Assembly (NCBI RefSeq): GCF_963921235.1
Contig: NC_086108.1
Coordinates: forward strand, 102,612,001 to 102,676,000
Reading direction: 5' to 3'
Origin: Mobula hypostoma
Lineage: Eukaryota
DNA length: 64,000 nt
Shown here: positions 49,175 to 62,360 of the stretch, piece after piece
Layout: every line of letters starts with the position of its first letter
How positions within the stretch are numbered: the first letter of the stretch is position 1
Made by a program: the position numbers and the translations under genes
The notes under the pieces: model-generated
Told to the model about the DNA's origin: nothing
The model's database searches: none
What the model saw: only the letters and a program-made list of their open reading frames with translations

Positions 49175-49832
49175 TATGTCAGGCAGCATCTATGGGGGAG
49201 AATAAATAGTCGATGTTTCCAGATGAGACCCTTCATCAGGACTGGAAAGAAAGGGGCCAGCAGCCAGAATAAGGGAGGGATGGGGGTCGGGAGGAGTGCA
49301 AGGTGGCAGGTGATAGGTGAGAAGCAATGTGGGTGGGTGGGAGAGGGGGGATGAAGTGAGAAGCTGGGAGGGGATCGATGGAAGCGGCAAAGGGCTGGAG
49401 AAGAAAGGTTCTGCTAGGAGAGGACAATGGAAGAAATGAAGGAGGAGGAGTACCAGAGGGAGGTAATAGGCAGCTGAGAAGAGAAAGAGTGAGAGAGCGA
49501 GCAGAATGGGGAATGGAAATAGAAGGAGGGAGGTGGAAGAAAGTATTGGAAGTTGGGGAAATCGATGTTCATGCCATGACATTGGAGGCTACCCAGATAG
49601 AAAATGAAGTATTGCTCTTCCAACCTGAGTTTGGCCTCATCAGGCTGTGGACAAACATGACAGAATGGGAATGGGAAGTTTTATTGAAATGGGTGGCCAC
49701 AGGGCAATTCTGCCTTTCACGGCAGGCAGAGCAAAGGTGCTCCCCCAGTCTCCGATTGGCTACTTACTTCATCCCCCTCCCCCAACCACCTTCCTTCTCT
49801 CTTACCTGGTCTCGCCTGATGAAGGGTCTCGC
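49175..49832 (-). mobile_element. Penelope-like 3' end with a short inverted terminal-repeat piece
   Basis: EEQYFIFYLGSLQCHGMNIDF (GIY-YIG C-terminus); decayed hammerhead at 49207-49245. Confidence 0.8.
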
Positions 49833-49844
49833 TATTTGCCTGTG

Positions 49845-50295
49845 GTAAACTATGATATACTGAGAGTTATGCTATGCCATACTGCTGCATAAACTGTGGT
49901 ACAACATACAGACTACAAGATCCTGCAGTATTTACTGAATTATATTGAGGCATTCTATTGTACACTCATAGAGTATTTTGTGGTATATACTGAGGTACAC
50001 TGCAGAATATATTCTTGTATACTGTGTATATAATATAGTATATTGTATACTGCAGTTATATATTATGGTATACTGCGGTGTATATAATGGAATAATATGA
50101 TATACCATGATGTATACTGAGGTGCATTTTGGACTACATACTATGGTATGTGTTGTAATTCACTGTGCTGTATATAGTAGTAAGGCATGATATACTTTAT
50201 GTGTTAGACTGTTACTTACCGTGGCTATCTGCAGTATATATTGTGATGCACTGAGGCACACTCTATATACTGTGGTTTATACTGCGGTATACTGA
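49845..50295. repeat. Degenerate low-complexity minisatellite (TATACTG/TGTGGTA-based)
   Basis: Recurrent tatactg, ctgcag and tgtggta words. Confidence 0.7.
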
Positions 50296-50299
50296 CTTG

Positions 50300-52620
50300 A
50301 GTAATTGAGTCACGGGATTTAAAGAGTGTGTAGAGGGCTGTCGACTCAGCCAGCTCCATCAGGAAGACAACCCTCCTACCACAGAGGACATTATCCAAAG
50401 ACAGTGCATCATTAAAGACCTTCACATTCCGGAACATGCCCTCGTCTCATTATTACCATCGGGTAGAATGTTCAGGAGCCCGAACTTTTTCAGGAAAAGC
50501 TTTTTACCCTCCAGCATCAGAATTCTGAACAATCCATAAACCCATAACTACTAGATCATAGAACATTACAGCACAATACAGGCTGTTCAGCCCACCACAT
50601 TTGCCGACCTTTTAAACTACTCTAAGATCAATATGACCCTTTCCTCCGACACAACCCTCCATTTTTCTATCATCTATGTGCCTACTTAAGAGTTTCTTAA
50701 ATGCCCCTAATATATTTGCCTCTGCCATCATCCCTGGCAGTACCATTCTATGCATTCATCACTTATCACTGTAAAAAACCTACCTCTGACCTTCCCTCTA
50801 TACTTCCCACCAAACACTACAAAATTATGGCCCCTCATGTATGCCATTTCTACCCTGAGAAAAGTTTCTGGCTATCCATTTCAATATATGCTTCTAATCA
50901 TCTTGCACACCTCTCTCAAATCAGTACCTCACAATTCCTTTTTGCACTATTTAATTATATTTTATTTCTTATTGCAACATAGTAATTTTTTATGTCTTGC
51001 ACTGTACTGCTGCCACAAAACAGTATGTTTTATGGCCTATGTTAGTGATAATAAACCTGATTCTGATTCTGAACCGGGTATACTGTGGAAAGGCCGTCGT
51101 ACCTGAGATTGGTAGCCCACATTTACTCCAGGTCTGGCACCATCTTGAGTTTAAATTCTCTTCCTTGTTCACCCTTTTCTGACTCAGGTACCTTCTGCAG
51201 TCCCACTACTCTCCAATATCTCACATCATTTCTGATTGCAACCTCCTGTGCTGTCCCATTGTCCATTGCTCCACTGTTGTTCTGCCATGTCCCTGAGACC
51301 CTTAATTATCTCCTTAAAGCTCTGCTTCTTTTTTCCATTTCTCAGTCTTTTTAGGTGCTTTTTAAAAACTAGGTTTGTTCTCATAGAAGTTTCACTGTCA
51401 AATTTCACTTGAATCCGCCTGAGACATTCTACCACTACAAAGGAGCTGTATGGGTGCCCATTTTCAAGTAGGCCCAGCTCTCTATTCTGTGATATAGTAG
51501 CTGTATTTCTAAACGTGATTCTTGGCCCTCAGAATCAGGTTTATTATCAGCAGCATGTGTTAATTTTCACTTCCTGCTGAATGATCTGGGTGCATGAGTT
51601 CAAAGTGCACCGTAGTGATTTAAGATTAGAGTTGTTGAGTGAACTCGGCCTTTTTTCCTTGGAGCGAGGGAGGATGAGAGGTGACCTTTTAAGGGTGTAT
51701 AAGATGATGAGAGGCATTGATCGTGTGGATAGTCAGAGGCTTTTTCCCAGGGCTGAAGTGGCTATCACGAGAGGGCACAGTTTTAAGGTGCTTGGAAGTA
51801 GGTACAGAGGAGATATCAGGGGTAAGTTTTTTACGCAGAGAGTGGTGAGTGCACGGGATGGGTTGCCAGAGACGGTGGTGGAGGCGGATACGATAGGGTC
51901 TTTTAAGAGACTCCTGGACAGGTATATGGAGCTCAGAAAAATAGAGGGCTATGGGTAACCCTAGGTAATTTCTCTGGTAAGGACATGTTCGGCAGAGTTT
52001 TGTGGGCCGAAAGGCCTGTATTGTGCTGTATGTTTTCTATGTTTCTACATTTTTCCAAGTCCGATAATGATGATTAGGAAGGCAGAAAACACAGCACAAA
52101 AACACCACTTATTTGCCATTGTCCCAGGGAAAAGGAGGTTTGTCTTAAACCATAAGTCCTGAAGGTATAGGAGCAGAATTAGGCAATTCAGCCCACCGAG
52201 TCTGTGCCACTATTTGATCATGGCTGATTTATTTTCCCTCTCTGCCCCATTCTCTTGCCTTCTCCCAATAATTTTTGACACCCTTACTAATCAAGAACCT
52301 ATTGATTTCCACTTTAAGTATGTCTAATGACTTGGCCTCCACAGCTGTCTGTGATAATGTGTTCTACAGATTCACCACCCTCTACCTAAATAAATTCTTC
52401 CTCATCTATCTCTGTCTAACAGGACCTCTTTCTATTCTGAGGCTGTGCTCTCTAGTCCAAGACTCTCTCACTATTGGAAACATCCTCTCCTCATCCACTC
52501 TGTCTAGTCCTTTTAATATTCAGTAGGTTTCAATGAGATTCCCTCCTCATTGTTTTAAGCTCCAGTGAGTACAGGCCCAGAGCAATCAACTATCCTAATA
52601 CATCAACCTTTTCATTCCCA
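50300..52620. mobile_element. Mosaic: Rex1 remnants, CR1 minus (50555-50920), old L2-like 3' end (about 51140-51450, +), young CR1 3' end (51625-52045, +), CR1 minus (52150-52620)
   Basis: LGLFSLERGRMRGDLLRVYKMMRGIDRVDSQRLFP..FFTQRVV..SFKRLLDRYM. Confidence 0.78.
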
Positions 52621-52964
52621 GGTTATTCCGACTGCACAGAGGATTGGTATTGGAAGTGGAAGTGGAATTAGTATGTTATTGTCACATGTACTGAGAGTCA
52701 GTGAACATCTTGTCTTGCATACTGTTCATGCAATTCCTTACATCGTGCATTGAGGTGGAACAAGGTAAAGCAATAACAATGCAAATTAAGTGTAACGGTT
52801 ACAGAGAAGATGCAATGAAGGTAAACAATAAGGTGCAATATCATAATGAGACAGATTGTGAGGTCAAGAGTTCAATTTATTGTTCTAGAGAACTATATAA
52901 TAGTCTTATGACAGTGGGGTAGAAGCTACTATTCAGCCTGGTAATACATACTTTTACCATGATC

Positions 52965-53240
52965 CATGATTCTCTCATATCCCTTTTGTCAATCAACTGT
53001 CCAGCTCTTGGCTCCATCGTTCCCCCTCCTGTCTTCTCCTATCATTTCGGATCTCCCCCTCCCCCTCCCACTTTCAAATCTCTTACTAGCTCTTCCTTCA
53101 GTTAGTCCTGACGAAGAATCTCGGCCCAAAACGTGGACTGTACCTCTTCCTGGAGATGCTGCCTGGCCTGCTGCGTTCACCAGCAACTTTGATGTGTGTT
53201 GCTTGAATTTCCAGCATCTGCAGAATTCCTCGTGTTTGCG
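52965..53240 (+). mobile_element. Penelope terminal repeat, near-identical to the reverse complement of 16441-16730
   Basis: ORFs 52966-53295 (+) and 16429-16731 (-) translate almost identically; broken hammerhead at 53102-53140. Confidence 0.85.
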
Positions 53241-53289
53241 TCTTTTGTATCTTCTACCTGATTGTCAGGGCTGGAACTACACAGTGTTA

Positions 53290-55040
53290 CCATAAGACAT
53301 CAGGATAAAGAAGTAGAATCAGGGCATTGGCCCATCATGTCTGCTGTATCAATCATAGCTGATTTTTCTTTCCTCAACCACATTTCCCTGAAACCCTTAA
53401 CCCCCTAACCAATCAGTTGGCCAGACCTTAGAACCTTAGATTGACTAAGCTTAGTTGGTCCTTTACCCAATTTTCTGTGTATGTAACCTGGCCATGCAAT
53501 AGGGAGGTTCCTCATAATCGATTATGGCTTGTAAAGCCTTTGGAACATCCGAGTAAAAGAGAGGTAAGGGTGAATGTCAGAATGCTGGAAAATGACGCTG
53601 GAGAGGTAGTAATGGGTGACAAAGAAATGGTAGAAACACTCAATAATTATTTTGCATCAGTCTTCACTGTAGAAGACAGCAGCAGTCTGACAGAAATTCA
53701 AGGGTGTCAGAGGGCCGAAGTGAGTGTACTTGCTATTACTAAAGAGAAGGTGCTTGGGAAGCTGAAGGACCTGAAGGTAGATAAATCACCTAGACCAGAG
53801 GAATTACCCCCCCCCCAGGTTCTGAAAAAGGTAGCTGAAGATATTTTGGAGGCATTAGTAGTGATCCTTCAAGAATCACCAGATTCTGGAATGGTTCTGG
53901 AGGACTGGAAAATTGCAAGTGTTACTCCACTCTTTAAGAAGGGAGGGAGGTAAAAGACAGGAAATTATACGCCAGTTAGCCTGATTCAGTGGTGGAAGTA
54001 TATTGGAGTCTGTTATTAAAGTGTGATAGATATACACTTCCTGGGCCAGTGGGCGTTTTGGTTTTTTGCAAAGCTTTCTTTCTAAACACAGCAGTTTCTT
54101 CTTGTAAGGTCAAACAGATATAAGTAAACTTCCAACTAATAACATTGTTTAGCTCCGGCCATAAATGGGAGCCAGTCTTCAGTTCTTAAAATATAAATGG
54201 CAAGCAGTAATCTGAAGTTAAAAGCACAGCTTTACAAACAAGTTCTGTTCATAGCACAGACTTCCTGTCTCATAGCATCCTGGATAATTGATTAAGTTCA
54301 AGGAAGCCGTCACACCAGATAGATAATATCACTTATCATACATAAGAGCATAAGAAATAGGAACAGGAGTAGGCCATCTGGCCCATTGAGCTTGCTCCGC
54401 CATTCAGTAAGATCATGGCTGATCTGACTATGGACTCACCTCTACCTGCCTTTTTCCATTACTCTTAATTCCCCTACTGTGCAAGAGTCTATCCGACCTT
54501 GTCTTAACTATATTTACTGAGATAGCTTCCACTGCTTCATTGGGCAGAGAATTCCACAGATTCACTTCTCCCTGGGAAAAGCAGTTCCTCCTCATCTCCA
54601 TCCTAAATCTACTCCCTCAAATCTTGAGCCTATGCCCCCTAGTTCTAGTCTCACTTATCAGTGGAAACAACTTACTTGCCTCTATCTTATCTGTCCCTTT
54701 CAAAATTTTATATGTTTCTATAAGATCTCCTCTCATTCTTCTGAATTCCAGTGAGTACAGTCCCAGGCGACTTAATCATAGTTTAACCCCCTCATCTCTG
54801 GAATCAACCTGGTGAATGCACTGCCTCCAAAGCCAGTATATCCTTCCTCAAGTAAGAGGACCAGAACTACACGCAATGCTCCTGGTGTGGCCTCACCAGT
54901 ACCCTGTACAGTTGCAACTTAACCTCCCTGCTCTTAAATTCGATCCCTTTAGCCACGAAGGGCAACATTCCATTTGCCTTCTTGATAGCCTGCTGCACTT
55001 GCAAACCAACCTTCTGTGATTCATGCACAAGCACTCCCAA
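53290..55040. mobile_element. CR1 fragments (plus 53550-54020; minus 54340-55040)
   Basis: LNNYFASVFT..LKVDKSP..EDWKIASVTPLFKKG; CR1 3' end on minus. Confidence 0.85.
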
Positions 55041-55144
55041 AATCAGTAAATTATCTATTAGTGTTGAGAGTTTTATGGACTCAAGGAAGTTAGATTCACA
55101 GCATTAGTGCTGGATAGCTGAGGTCTGCATCTTCAAAAAGCTTT

Positions 55145-55760
55145 TAGACCATTTGTGTAAAAGGTGTGCCTGAAGAAATATCAGATATGTGTGAAGTCGC
55201 CCAAATGTCAAAGAAAAAGTTTATAATGTAGTTCAGGCTTATTGGGAATGGGTAAAGAACATCAAGAGGCATGAAAGAAATGACTTGAACTAGATCCATT
55301 CCCCTGGCTTTGATTTCAGCGATGGATGATTCAATAGTCTGCATATTTGGTATGTCTTTTTAGTTTATAGGAATTATACCTTTTTTTAGAAATCCTTTGT
55401 GTTTTAGAATTGGTTTGTAATTTGGAAATGTGTAAGATAGAAATTCTCTGAGTTTTATATAGGTATTAGGAGTGTTGTTAGGATTTAAATGTGATTTACT
55501 GAAAATAAATGAAATGTGTTTCAAACTGCTTTGTTAGCTGGAAGTATCTTCTCCTTGGTAGGGATAGGGGTCACATCGCTTGAATAGTGGGTATTGGCAG
55601 GTAAACTTGCCATGGAGAATAAATAGGGAAGTGAATGAGCCTTTGAAGATTTGGTAGTTGTAGAATAATCATCCTTTAGTGAGAGTACTTGTGGATATTT
55701 ACATCCGATAGGGCTTAAGGTCTTCTCCTGAGTTTAGAATTTCGCTGTCAGCAAACCCAG
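55145..55760 (-). mobile_element. Possible very old L1/Tx1-type ORF2 C-terminal remnant
   Basis: A/C-rich minus strand; one frame with stops reads ..NTYIKLREFLSYTFPNYKP..KGFLKKG.., loosely like the YLQ.R.F...FP region of fish L1 ORF2. Confidence 0.35.
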
Positions 55761-55789
55761 TACTATCACAAATGATAAGTTTTTGGTTA

Positions 55790-57375
55790 ACTGGATGCAC
55801 ATGATAAAGTAGACTAATGTCAGCATGGTTTCCTAAGTGGAAATCTTACTTGACAAGTCTGTTGGTATTCTTTGAGGAAAAACAGACAGGATAGACAAAG
55901 GAGAGTCAATAGCTGTTGTTTACTTGGATTTTCAAAAGGCCCTTGACAAGCTGCTGCACAGGAGGCTGCTTAACAAGATAAGATCCCATGGTATTACAGG
56001 AAAGATACTAGCGTGGATAGAACATTGGCTGACTGCCAGGAAGCAAAGAGTGGGAATAAAGGGAGCCTTTTCTAGTTGGCTGCCAGTGACCAGGGTGTTC
56101 TGCAAAGGTTGATATCGGGATTGCTTCTTTTCACATTATACGTAAGATTAATATGTTAGATTGATCTCAGAGTAGGTTAAAAGGTGGCACAACATTGTGG
56201 GCTGAAGGGCCAGGACTGTGCTATAATGTTCTATGTCAAAGATTTTGATGATCGAAGTGATGGCATTGGGACCAGGTTTGCAGACGATACAAAGATAGGT
56301 GGAAGCAGGAAGTCTGTAGAAGGACTTAGATTAGGAAAATGGGCAAAGAGAAGGCAGATAGAATACAATGTTGGGAAATGTATGGTCATGCACTTTGGTA
56401 GAAGGTATAAAGCTGTTGATCATTTTCTAAATGAGGAGAAAGTTCAGAAATCAGAAGTCCAAAGGGAGTCCTCGTGCAGGATTCCCTAAAGATTAACTTG
56501 CAAGTTGAGTCAATGGTAAGGAAGGTAAATGCAACATTAGCTTTCATTTTGAAAAGACTGGAATGTAAAAGCAAGGGTGTAATACTGAGGCTTTATAAGT
56601 TGTTTAGAGGATTTGGGCACCATATCAAAGAAAGGATGTGTTGGCATTAAAGAGGGTCTAGAGGACGCTGACAAGAATGATCCCAGGAATTAAAAGATTA
56701 ATGTATGAGGAGAGTTTAATTGCTCAGGGCCTGTACTCACTGGAGTTTACAAGAATGGGATGGGGGGGGGAATCTTATTGAAACCTATCGAATATTGAAA
56801 GGCCTCAGTAGAGTGGACATTAAGAGCATGTTTCCAATATTGGGGGAGTCTAGGACTAAAGGACACAGCTCTAGAATAGAAGGACTTCCCTTTAGAAGAG
56901 AGATGAGGAGGAGTTTTGTTAGCCAGTAGGTGGTTGAACATAGAACAGTACGGTACAGCACAGGAACAGGCCCTTCAGCCCACTATGTTGTGCTAATCCA
57001 ATTAAATTAATATACAAACTGGCAACCTAACTAATGTATCTGCTTCTGCCACCACTCCAGGCTGTGTATTCCTTGCACCAATTGGATGTGTTAAAAACCT
57101 GCCTCTCACAACTCCTTTGAAATTACTTCCTCTCCAGTTAAATGCATGTCCAAATGATGAATCTGTGATATTCATTGCCACAGACGGCCAAGGAGGCCAA
57201 GTCATTGGGTGTGTTTAAAACAGAGGTTGATAAGTTATTGATTAGTAAGGAAGTCAAAGGGTATGGGAGATCGCTGGGTTGAGAAGGATAATAAATATGC
57301 CACGAAGAAATGGCAGAGCAGACTTGATGGGGCAAATGGCTTAATTCTGCTCCTATATCTTATGGTCTTATGGCT
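55790..57375 (+). mobile_element. Fragmented CR1 (RT through 3' end)
   Basis: DFQKALDKL.HRRLLNKIRSHGI.G, RFADDTKIGG, YNVGKCMVMHFG, LIETYRILKGL. Confidence 0.85.
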
Positions 57376-57419
57376 GACAAAATCCGGATAAAAATTTTAA
57401 AACACTAAGATCAACATGG

Positions 57420-57750
57420 TGCCAAGCTGCAATGGCAGTTGATGTCAAAGCTCAGACTTAGTTATTGTTTTCAGTTTGTAAGGATAGTTTTATGGATAGC
57501 GCAGGTAGTTAGGAATCAGTTTCAGGCTTAGGGGCATGGATGAGGAAGAGTCAGAGGTCAGGAGTAATAAATGAAGAGTCAGGGGCAGGAGACTGTGTTT
57601 GGGTCAGTTTGGTGCTGAGCTACAATGTCTGTTGGTGTTATAGTTTAGACTTAGTTGTTTTATTTTTCAGTTCATGGGGATAGTTTTTGGGACAGTGTTG
57701 GGAGTTAGAGGACAGATTAGGATTTAGGGACAGGGGTGAGGGAGAATGAA
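57420..57750. repeat. Old tandem duplication, period about 190 bp
   Basis: gctgcaatggcagttgatgtcaaagctcagacttagttattgttttcagtt vs gctacaatgtctgttggtgttatagtttagacttagttgttttatttttcagtt. Confidence 0.7.
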
Positions 57751-58679
57751 CGGTCAGCTGCATGAGCCAGTGTTCAGAGTCCAAATTGAAGCGCTCTGCG
57801 TGGACCATGGGTCAAAGGTCAGCGATCCCAGATGCTGAGTCAGCGAACACTGAGTAGACTAGCTGATTGGCTTCCTCCTCTTTCCGTTTCTGGTGTTCTG
57901 ATGTGCCAGACTCAGTCAGTTCAGTCATGTCCTTTGGAGAAGTACAGCTATTCCTGGACAACATATAGGCCAGTGCCTAGAAATGACCATCTTTAACATG
58001 TGAGGACCTCAACACCGCCCCTTGACATTCACAGAATCATTCCCCCCACCGTTCCCATTCCAAAAATGATTCACTAATCCAAATAAGGCTTAGCCTCTCC
58101 AAAGCGATCTGTTCTAGTTATACTTATTTCAAAACAAGCACAACTTCATTAAGTACCTTATTTTTTAAGCTGTCAGTTTTATTTATGTTGAAAAGCCTTT
58201 GATCAGCTCAGCACCTTGCCAAAGGAAGGAATAATCTGTATTAGTACAGCATCCTCTCAGACCCTGAGAAGGAGACAGCAGAGACTTATGGACAAATAAT
58301 TGTTCACATCAGGGAAAGAATGCAGCCATTAAGAGGTCAGTAAGACACAGAACATTACGGTACAGAACAGGCTGTCTGGCTCACAATGTTGTGCTGACCT
58401 TACACCTACTTTAAGATCAATCTGCCCCTTCCCTCCTACATAGCCCTCAATTTTTCTGTTATTCATATGCCTGCCTAATAATGCATAGTTAGTTAACCCA
58501 TTTTGACAGTAAGCTAAACTGAGTGTTATACAAAGCCTCCCCTTGATCTTTTTCTAATGTCATTATAATGTCATCACCACCTAGTATACATTGAGATGTG
58601 CATCAGCTGAATGAGCCTCTTGACAACGTCTCACTCCCTCAGTGTTGCATTAGCTTCCGATGACACGCTCAACAATTGC

Positions 58680-59465
58680 AATCAGAATAAAGCTTATTAT
58701 CACTGGCATATGCAGCAGTGCCGTGCAATGCATGAAAATTACGATAAATTACAATAAGAAATGTAAAAAATAAATAAGTAGTGCAGAAAGAGAGGTGAAT
58801 ATTGAGGTAATGCTCATGGGTTCAAGGATTGTTCAGAAATATGATGGTGTAGAGGAAGAAGCTGTTCCTGAAATGTTCAGTGTGAGTCTTCAGGCTCCTT
58901 CACCTTCTTCCTGTTGGTAGTAATGAGAAGAGGGCATGTCCTGGATGATAAGGGTCCTTAATGATGGATGCATTTGCACTTCCCTACCAGATGGTGATGC
59001 AAGCAGTCAGAACGCTCTATATGGTCTATCTGTAGAAATTTGCTTGGTGACATACCAGATCTCCTCAAACGAGCCACTAGTGTACCTCCTTCGTAACTGC
59101 ATCAATATGTTGGACCACTGATAGATCTTCAGAGATATTGGCGCTCAGGAACCTGACACTGCTCACTCTTTCCACTGTTGACCCCTCGATGAGCACAGGT
59201 GTGTGTTCCCTCGGCTTCCCCTTCCTGAAGTCCACAGTCAATCCTTTGGTCTTGTTAATGTTGAGCACAAGGTTGTTGTTGCAACACCCCTCAACCAGCC
59301 AATTCATCTGACTCCTGTACATTTCCTCGCCGCCATCTGAGGATTCAGTCAGCGACAGCTGTGTCACTGATGAATTTATAGTTGCCAGTTGAGTTGTGCC
59401 TAGGCACTGATTCATGACTATAGACTGAGTAGAAGAATGGGGGGGGGGGCTAAGTACATATCCTT
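58680..59465 (-). mobile_element. Rex1/Babar RT fragment plus 3'UTR
   Basis: NNLVLNINKTKGLTVDFRK..VERVSSVRFL..ISEDL. Confidence 0.82.
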
Positions 59466-59554
59466 GAGAATGAAAGAGGTACAAGTCTTACACACATTCC
59501 AGACTCATGAGCATGTAATCCAGACTGACAGAATGATACAGTATCGAGGGCTTC

Positions 59555-59870
59555 TCTGTTTGATGTTGCTGCATTCACTGAGCTCGGCAATTAGCTTGCA
59601 GACATTTCATCCCCAGTCGAGGTGACATCTTCAGTTCACAGCTGATGCTGTTTCTCTCTGGGAGTAGTTGTGTTTATATCGGCCCCCTATTCACTTGCCT
59701 CAGCCCTGACTGACTACCCCTTCAGTTAACCTTTGAATTCTACTGGCTCGCGTTTCTTTGGCTCTCAGGGGCTTAAAGATGCCATCTATTTCTTTATAAA
59801 GCTAATTGCCAAGTTTGGCGAACACCCCAACATCAAATGCCTCAACCCAAGCTACCAATATTCACCACTA
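59555..59870 (-). mobile_element. Second-family Penelope-like short element with hammerhead motif (59597-59639)
   Basis: Minus strand CTGAAGA-T-GTCACC-TCGACT-GGGGAT-GAAATGTC-TGCA; homologous to 22922-23190. Confidence 0.62.
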
Positions 59871-59919
59871 TCCTTAGCTTCTTCCCCTCTATCTACAAAT
59901 TTCAACACTGGTAGCCTTT

Positions 59920-61630
59920 ATCAGAATCAGAATCAGGTTTATTATCACTGAAATTTGGTGTTTGTTGCAGCAAAACAGTGCAAGAAATAAAAATTACCTT
60001 AAGTTAAAAATAAATAGTGTAAAAGAGGAATAAGGGGGTACCGTTTATGGCAAATCTGATGGTGAGAGGGAAGAAGCTGTTCCTAAAACTTAGAGTATGG
60101 GTCTTCAGGCTTCTGTATCTCCTCTCTGATGGTAGTAATGAGAAGAGGGTATGTCCTCGATATTTAGGAATTAGGAGACAGAGACAGTGGATGATAGGTG
60201 GAAGCAGCCAAGAAAAAATCAGTTGGAACTAGGAGAAAAGAAGGGAGGATGAAGGCAGAGACAGCTGGGAAGGTGAGCACTCTGACTGTTTGCATCACCA
60301 CTTGGTATGGAGGCTCTAATGCGTAGGACTGAAAGAGGCTGTGGAGCATTGTAGACTCAGCCAGCTCCATATGTGTTATCTGACTGCCACCCTCTTAAGG
60401 CGCAACCTTTTAAAGATGTCCTTGATGGTCCATGATTGAGTTTGCAGGGCCAAGAACCCTTTGCAGCCTTTCAATCCTGCACACTGGGGGTACTGCCATA
60501 TGCTTCCTTCACTATGCTTTTGGCCCATGTTGCTACTTCCAAGGAATTACGGACTTAGATACCAAGGTCTCCCTGTTCATCAACATGTTTTAGTGCCCTG
60601 CTATTTATAATGTATATCCTCTCCCTATTTGACTCCCAAAAGGCATCTCCTCACATTTTTCATGATTGAATTCCTGACAACATGTTAATATTCAATTTGA
60701 TACCACCTCTCAAGCCACCACCTGTACCACCTGTAAAGGCAAAAGCAGCAGGTACAATACAGTATGTACCGTACGTTTTCCTCCAGGCCGGGCGCCACTC
60801 TGAGGTTTGCATTCCAGTGTTGCTACTGTTAACGTCCCAGAACTTCCTATCCAACGGAAAATCATGAGTACTTTCAACACAGACTGCAGATGTTCATCAT
60901 CAATGTTTCAATGGCACTAAGTAATGGACAAGAAGGATTGGCTTTGTCAGTGGTGTCCAAATTGTGTTGAAAAAAATGGTTAAACAACCAAAAGGCTTCT
61001 TGACCAGGAAATGAGGTGGTGCACATGCTCCTGTCTACATCAATGGTTTTAAGTTTGAGAGAGTCGAGAGCTTGAAGTTTCTAGGTGTCTACAGTACATC
61101 AGTAATAGCCCGTCGTGGTCCAACCATGTTGATGTCACCAGTTCCTCTACTTCTTCAGGTGGTTTAAGAAATTCAGCATGTCCCTGTCAATCCTTACCAA
61201 GTTTTATCGGTGCACCATAGAAAGCCTTCTGTCTGGTCGCATAACAGTTTGGTATGGCAACTGCTCTGCATGTGACTGCAGGAAACGGAGAGAGTTATGG
61301 ATACATCTCAGCGCATCACAGAAAGCAGCCTCCCTCTATTGACTATGTCTATACTTCTCACTGCCAGCCTAATCAAAGATGTCACCCACCCTGGACATTT
61401 TCTCTTCTCCCCTTTTCCATTGGGCAGAAGATATAAAACCCTGAAAGCTTGTACCACAAGGCTCAAGGACAGCTTCTATTCCACTTTTATTAGACTCTTG
61501 AATGGATGTCTTTTACAGTAAGATGATCTCTTGGCCTTACAATCTACCTTGATATAATTTTATATTTTATTGTTTACCTGTATTGCAGTCTTTGTGGTAG
61601 GTTTTACACTTTATTCTGCATTGTTTTTCT
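59920..61630. mobile_element. Rex1 fragments (minus 59920-60460; plus 61015-61630), CR1 remnant and an old LINE 3'UTR (about 60700-60965)
   Basis: HPGHFLFSPFPLGRRYKTLKACTTRLKDSFY; tail tcagaatcagaatc. Confidence 0.7.
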
Positions 61631-61644
61631 GCAAGGTTCAAACA

Positions 61645-62360
61645 CTGGAGTTGCAAAGGGACCTAGGAGTCCTCAAGCAAGACTCCTAGAAGGTTATTTT
61701 ACAGGTTGGGTCTGTGGTAAAGAAGGCAAATGCAATGTTGGCATTTATTTCAAGGGGAATAGAATATAAAAGCAAGGACATAATGCTGAGCCTTTATAAG
61801 ACACTAGTCAGGCCACACTTGGAGTTTTGGGCCCCAGATCTTGGAAAGAATGTGTTGTCATTAGAGGAAGTCCAGAGGAGGTTCACGAGGATGATTCCAG
61901 GAATGAAGGGATTAACATATGAGGAGCATTTGGCAGCTTTGGGGTTGTACTCACTGGAATTTAGAAGAAGGGGGGTCTCATTGAAACCTACCGAATGTTG
62001 AAAGGACTAGATAGGGTGGATGTGGGGAGGATGTTCCCTATGGTGAGAGTATCCAGAATTTGAGGGCACAGCCTCAAAATTGAGGGGAGACCCTTTAGAA
62101 CAGAGGTAAGGAGGAAGTTTTTTTTTTTAGCCAGAGAGTAGTAAATCTGTGGAATGCTCTGCCACAGACTGTGTTGGAAGCCAAGTTCATGCGTATATTT
62201 AAGGCAGAAGATGGTTGTTTCCCGATCGGTCAGGGCATCAAAGGATATGGCGAGAAAGCAGGTGTATGGGGTTGAGTGGGATCCGGGATCAACCATAATG
62301 GAATGGCGGAACAGACTTGATGGGTTGAATGGCCTAATTCTGTTCCTATGTCTTATGGTT
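61645..62360 (+). mobile_element. CR1 3' fragment
   Basis: KKANAMLAFISRGIEYKSKDIMLSLYKTLVRPHLE..LEEVQRRFTRMIPGMKGLTYEE. Confidence 0.9.

Noticed and set aside
60660..60965. ORFs 60660-60854 and 60682-60867 as host exons
   Set aside because: The sequence resembles a decayed LINE 3' end common in cartilaginous fishes.
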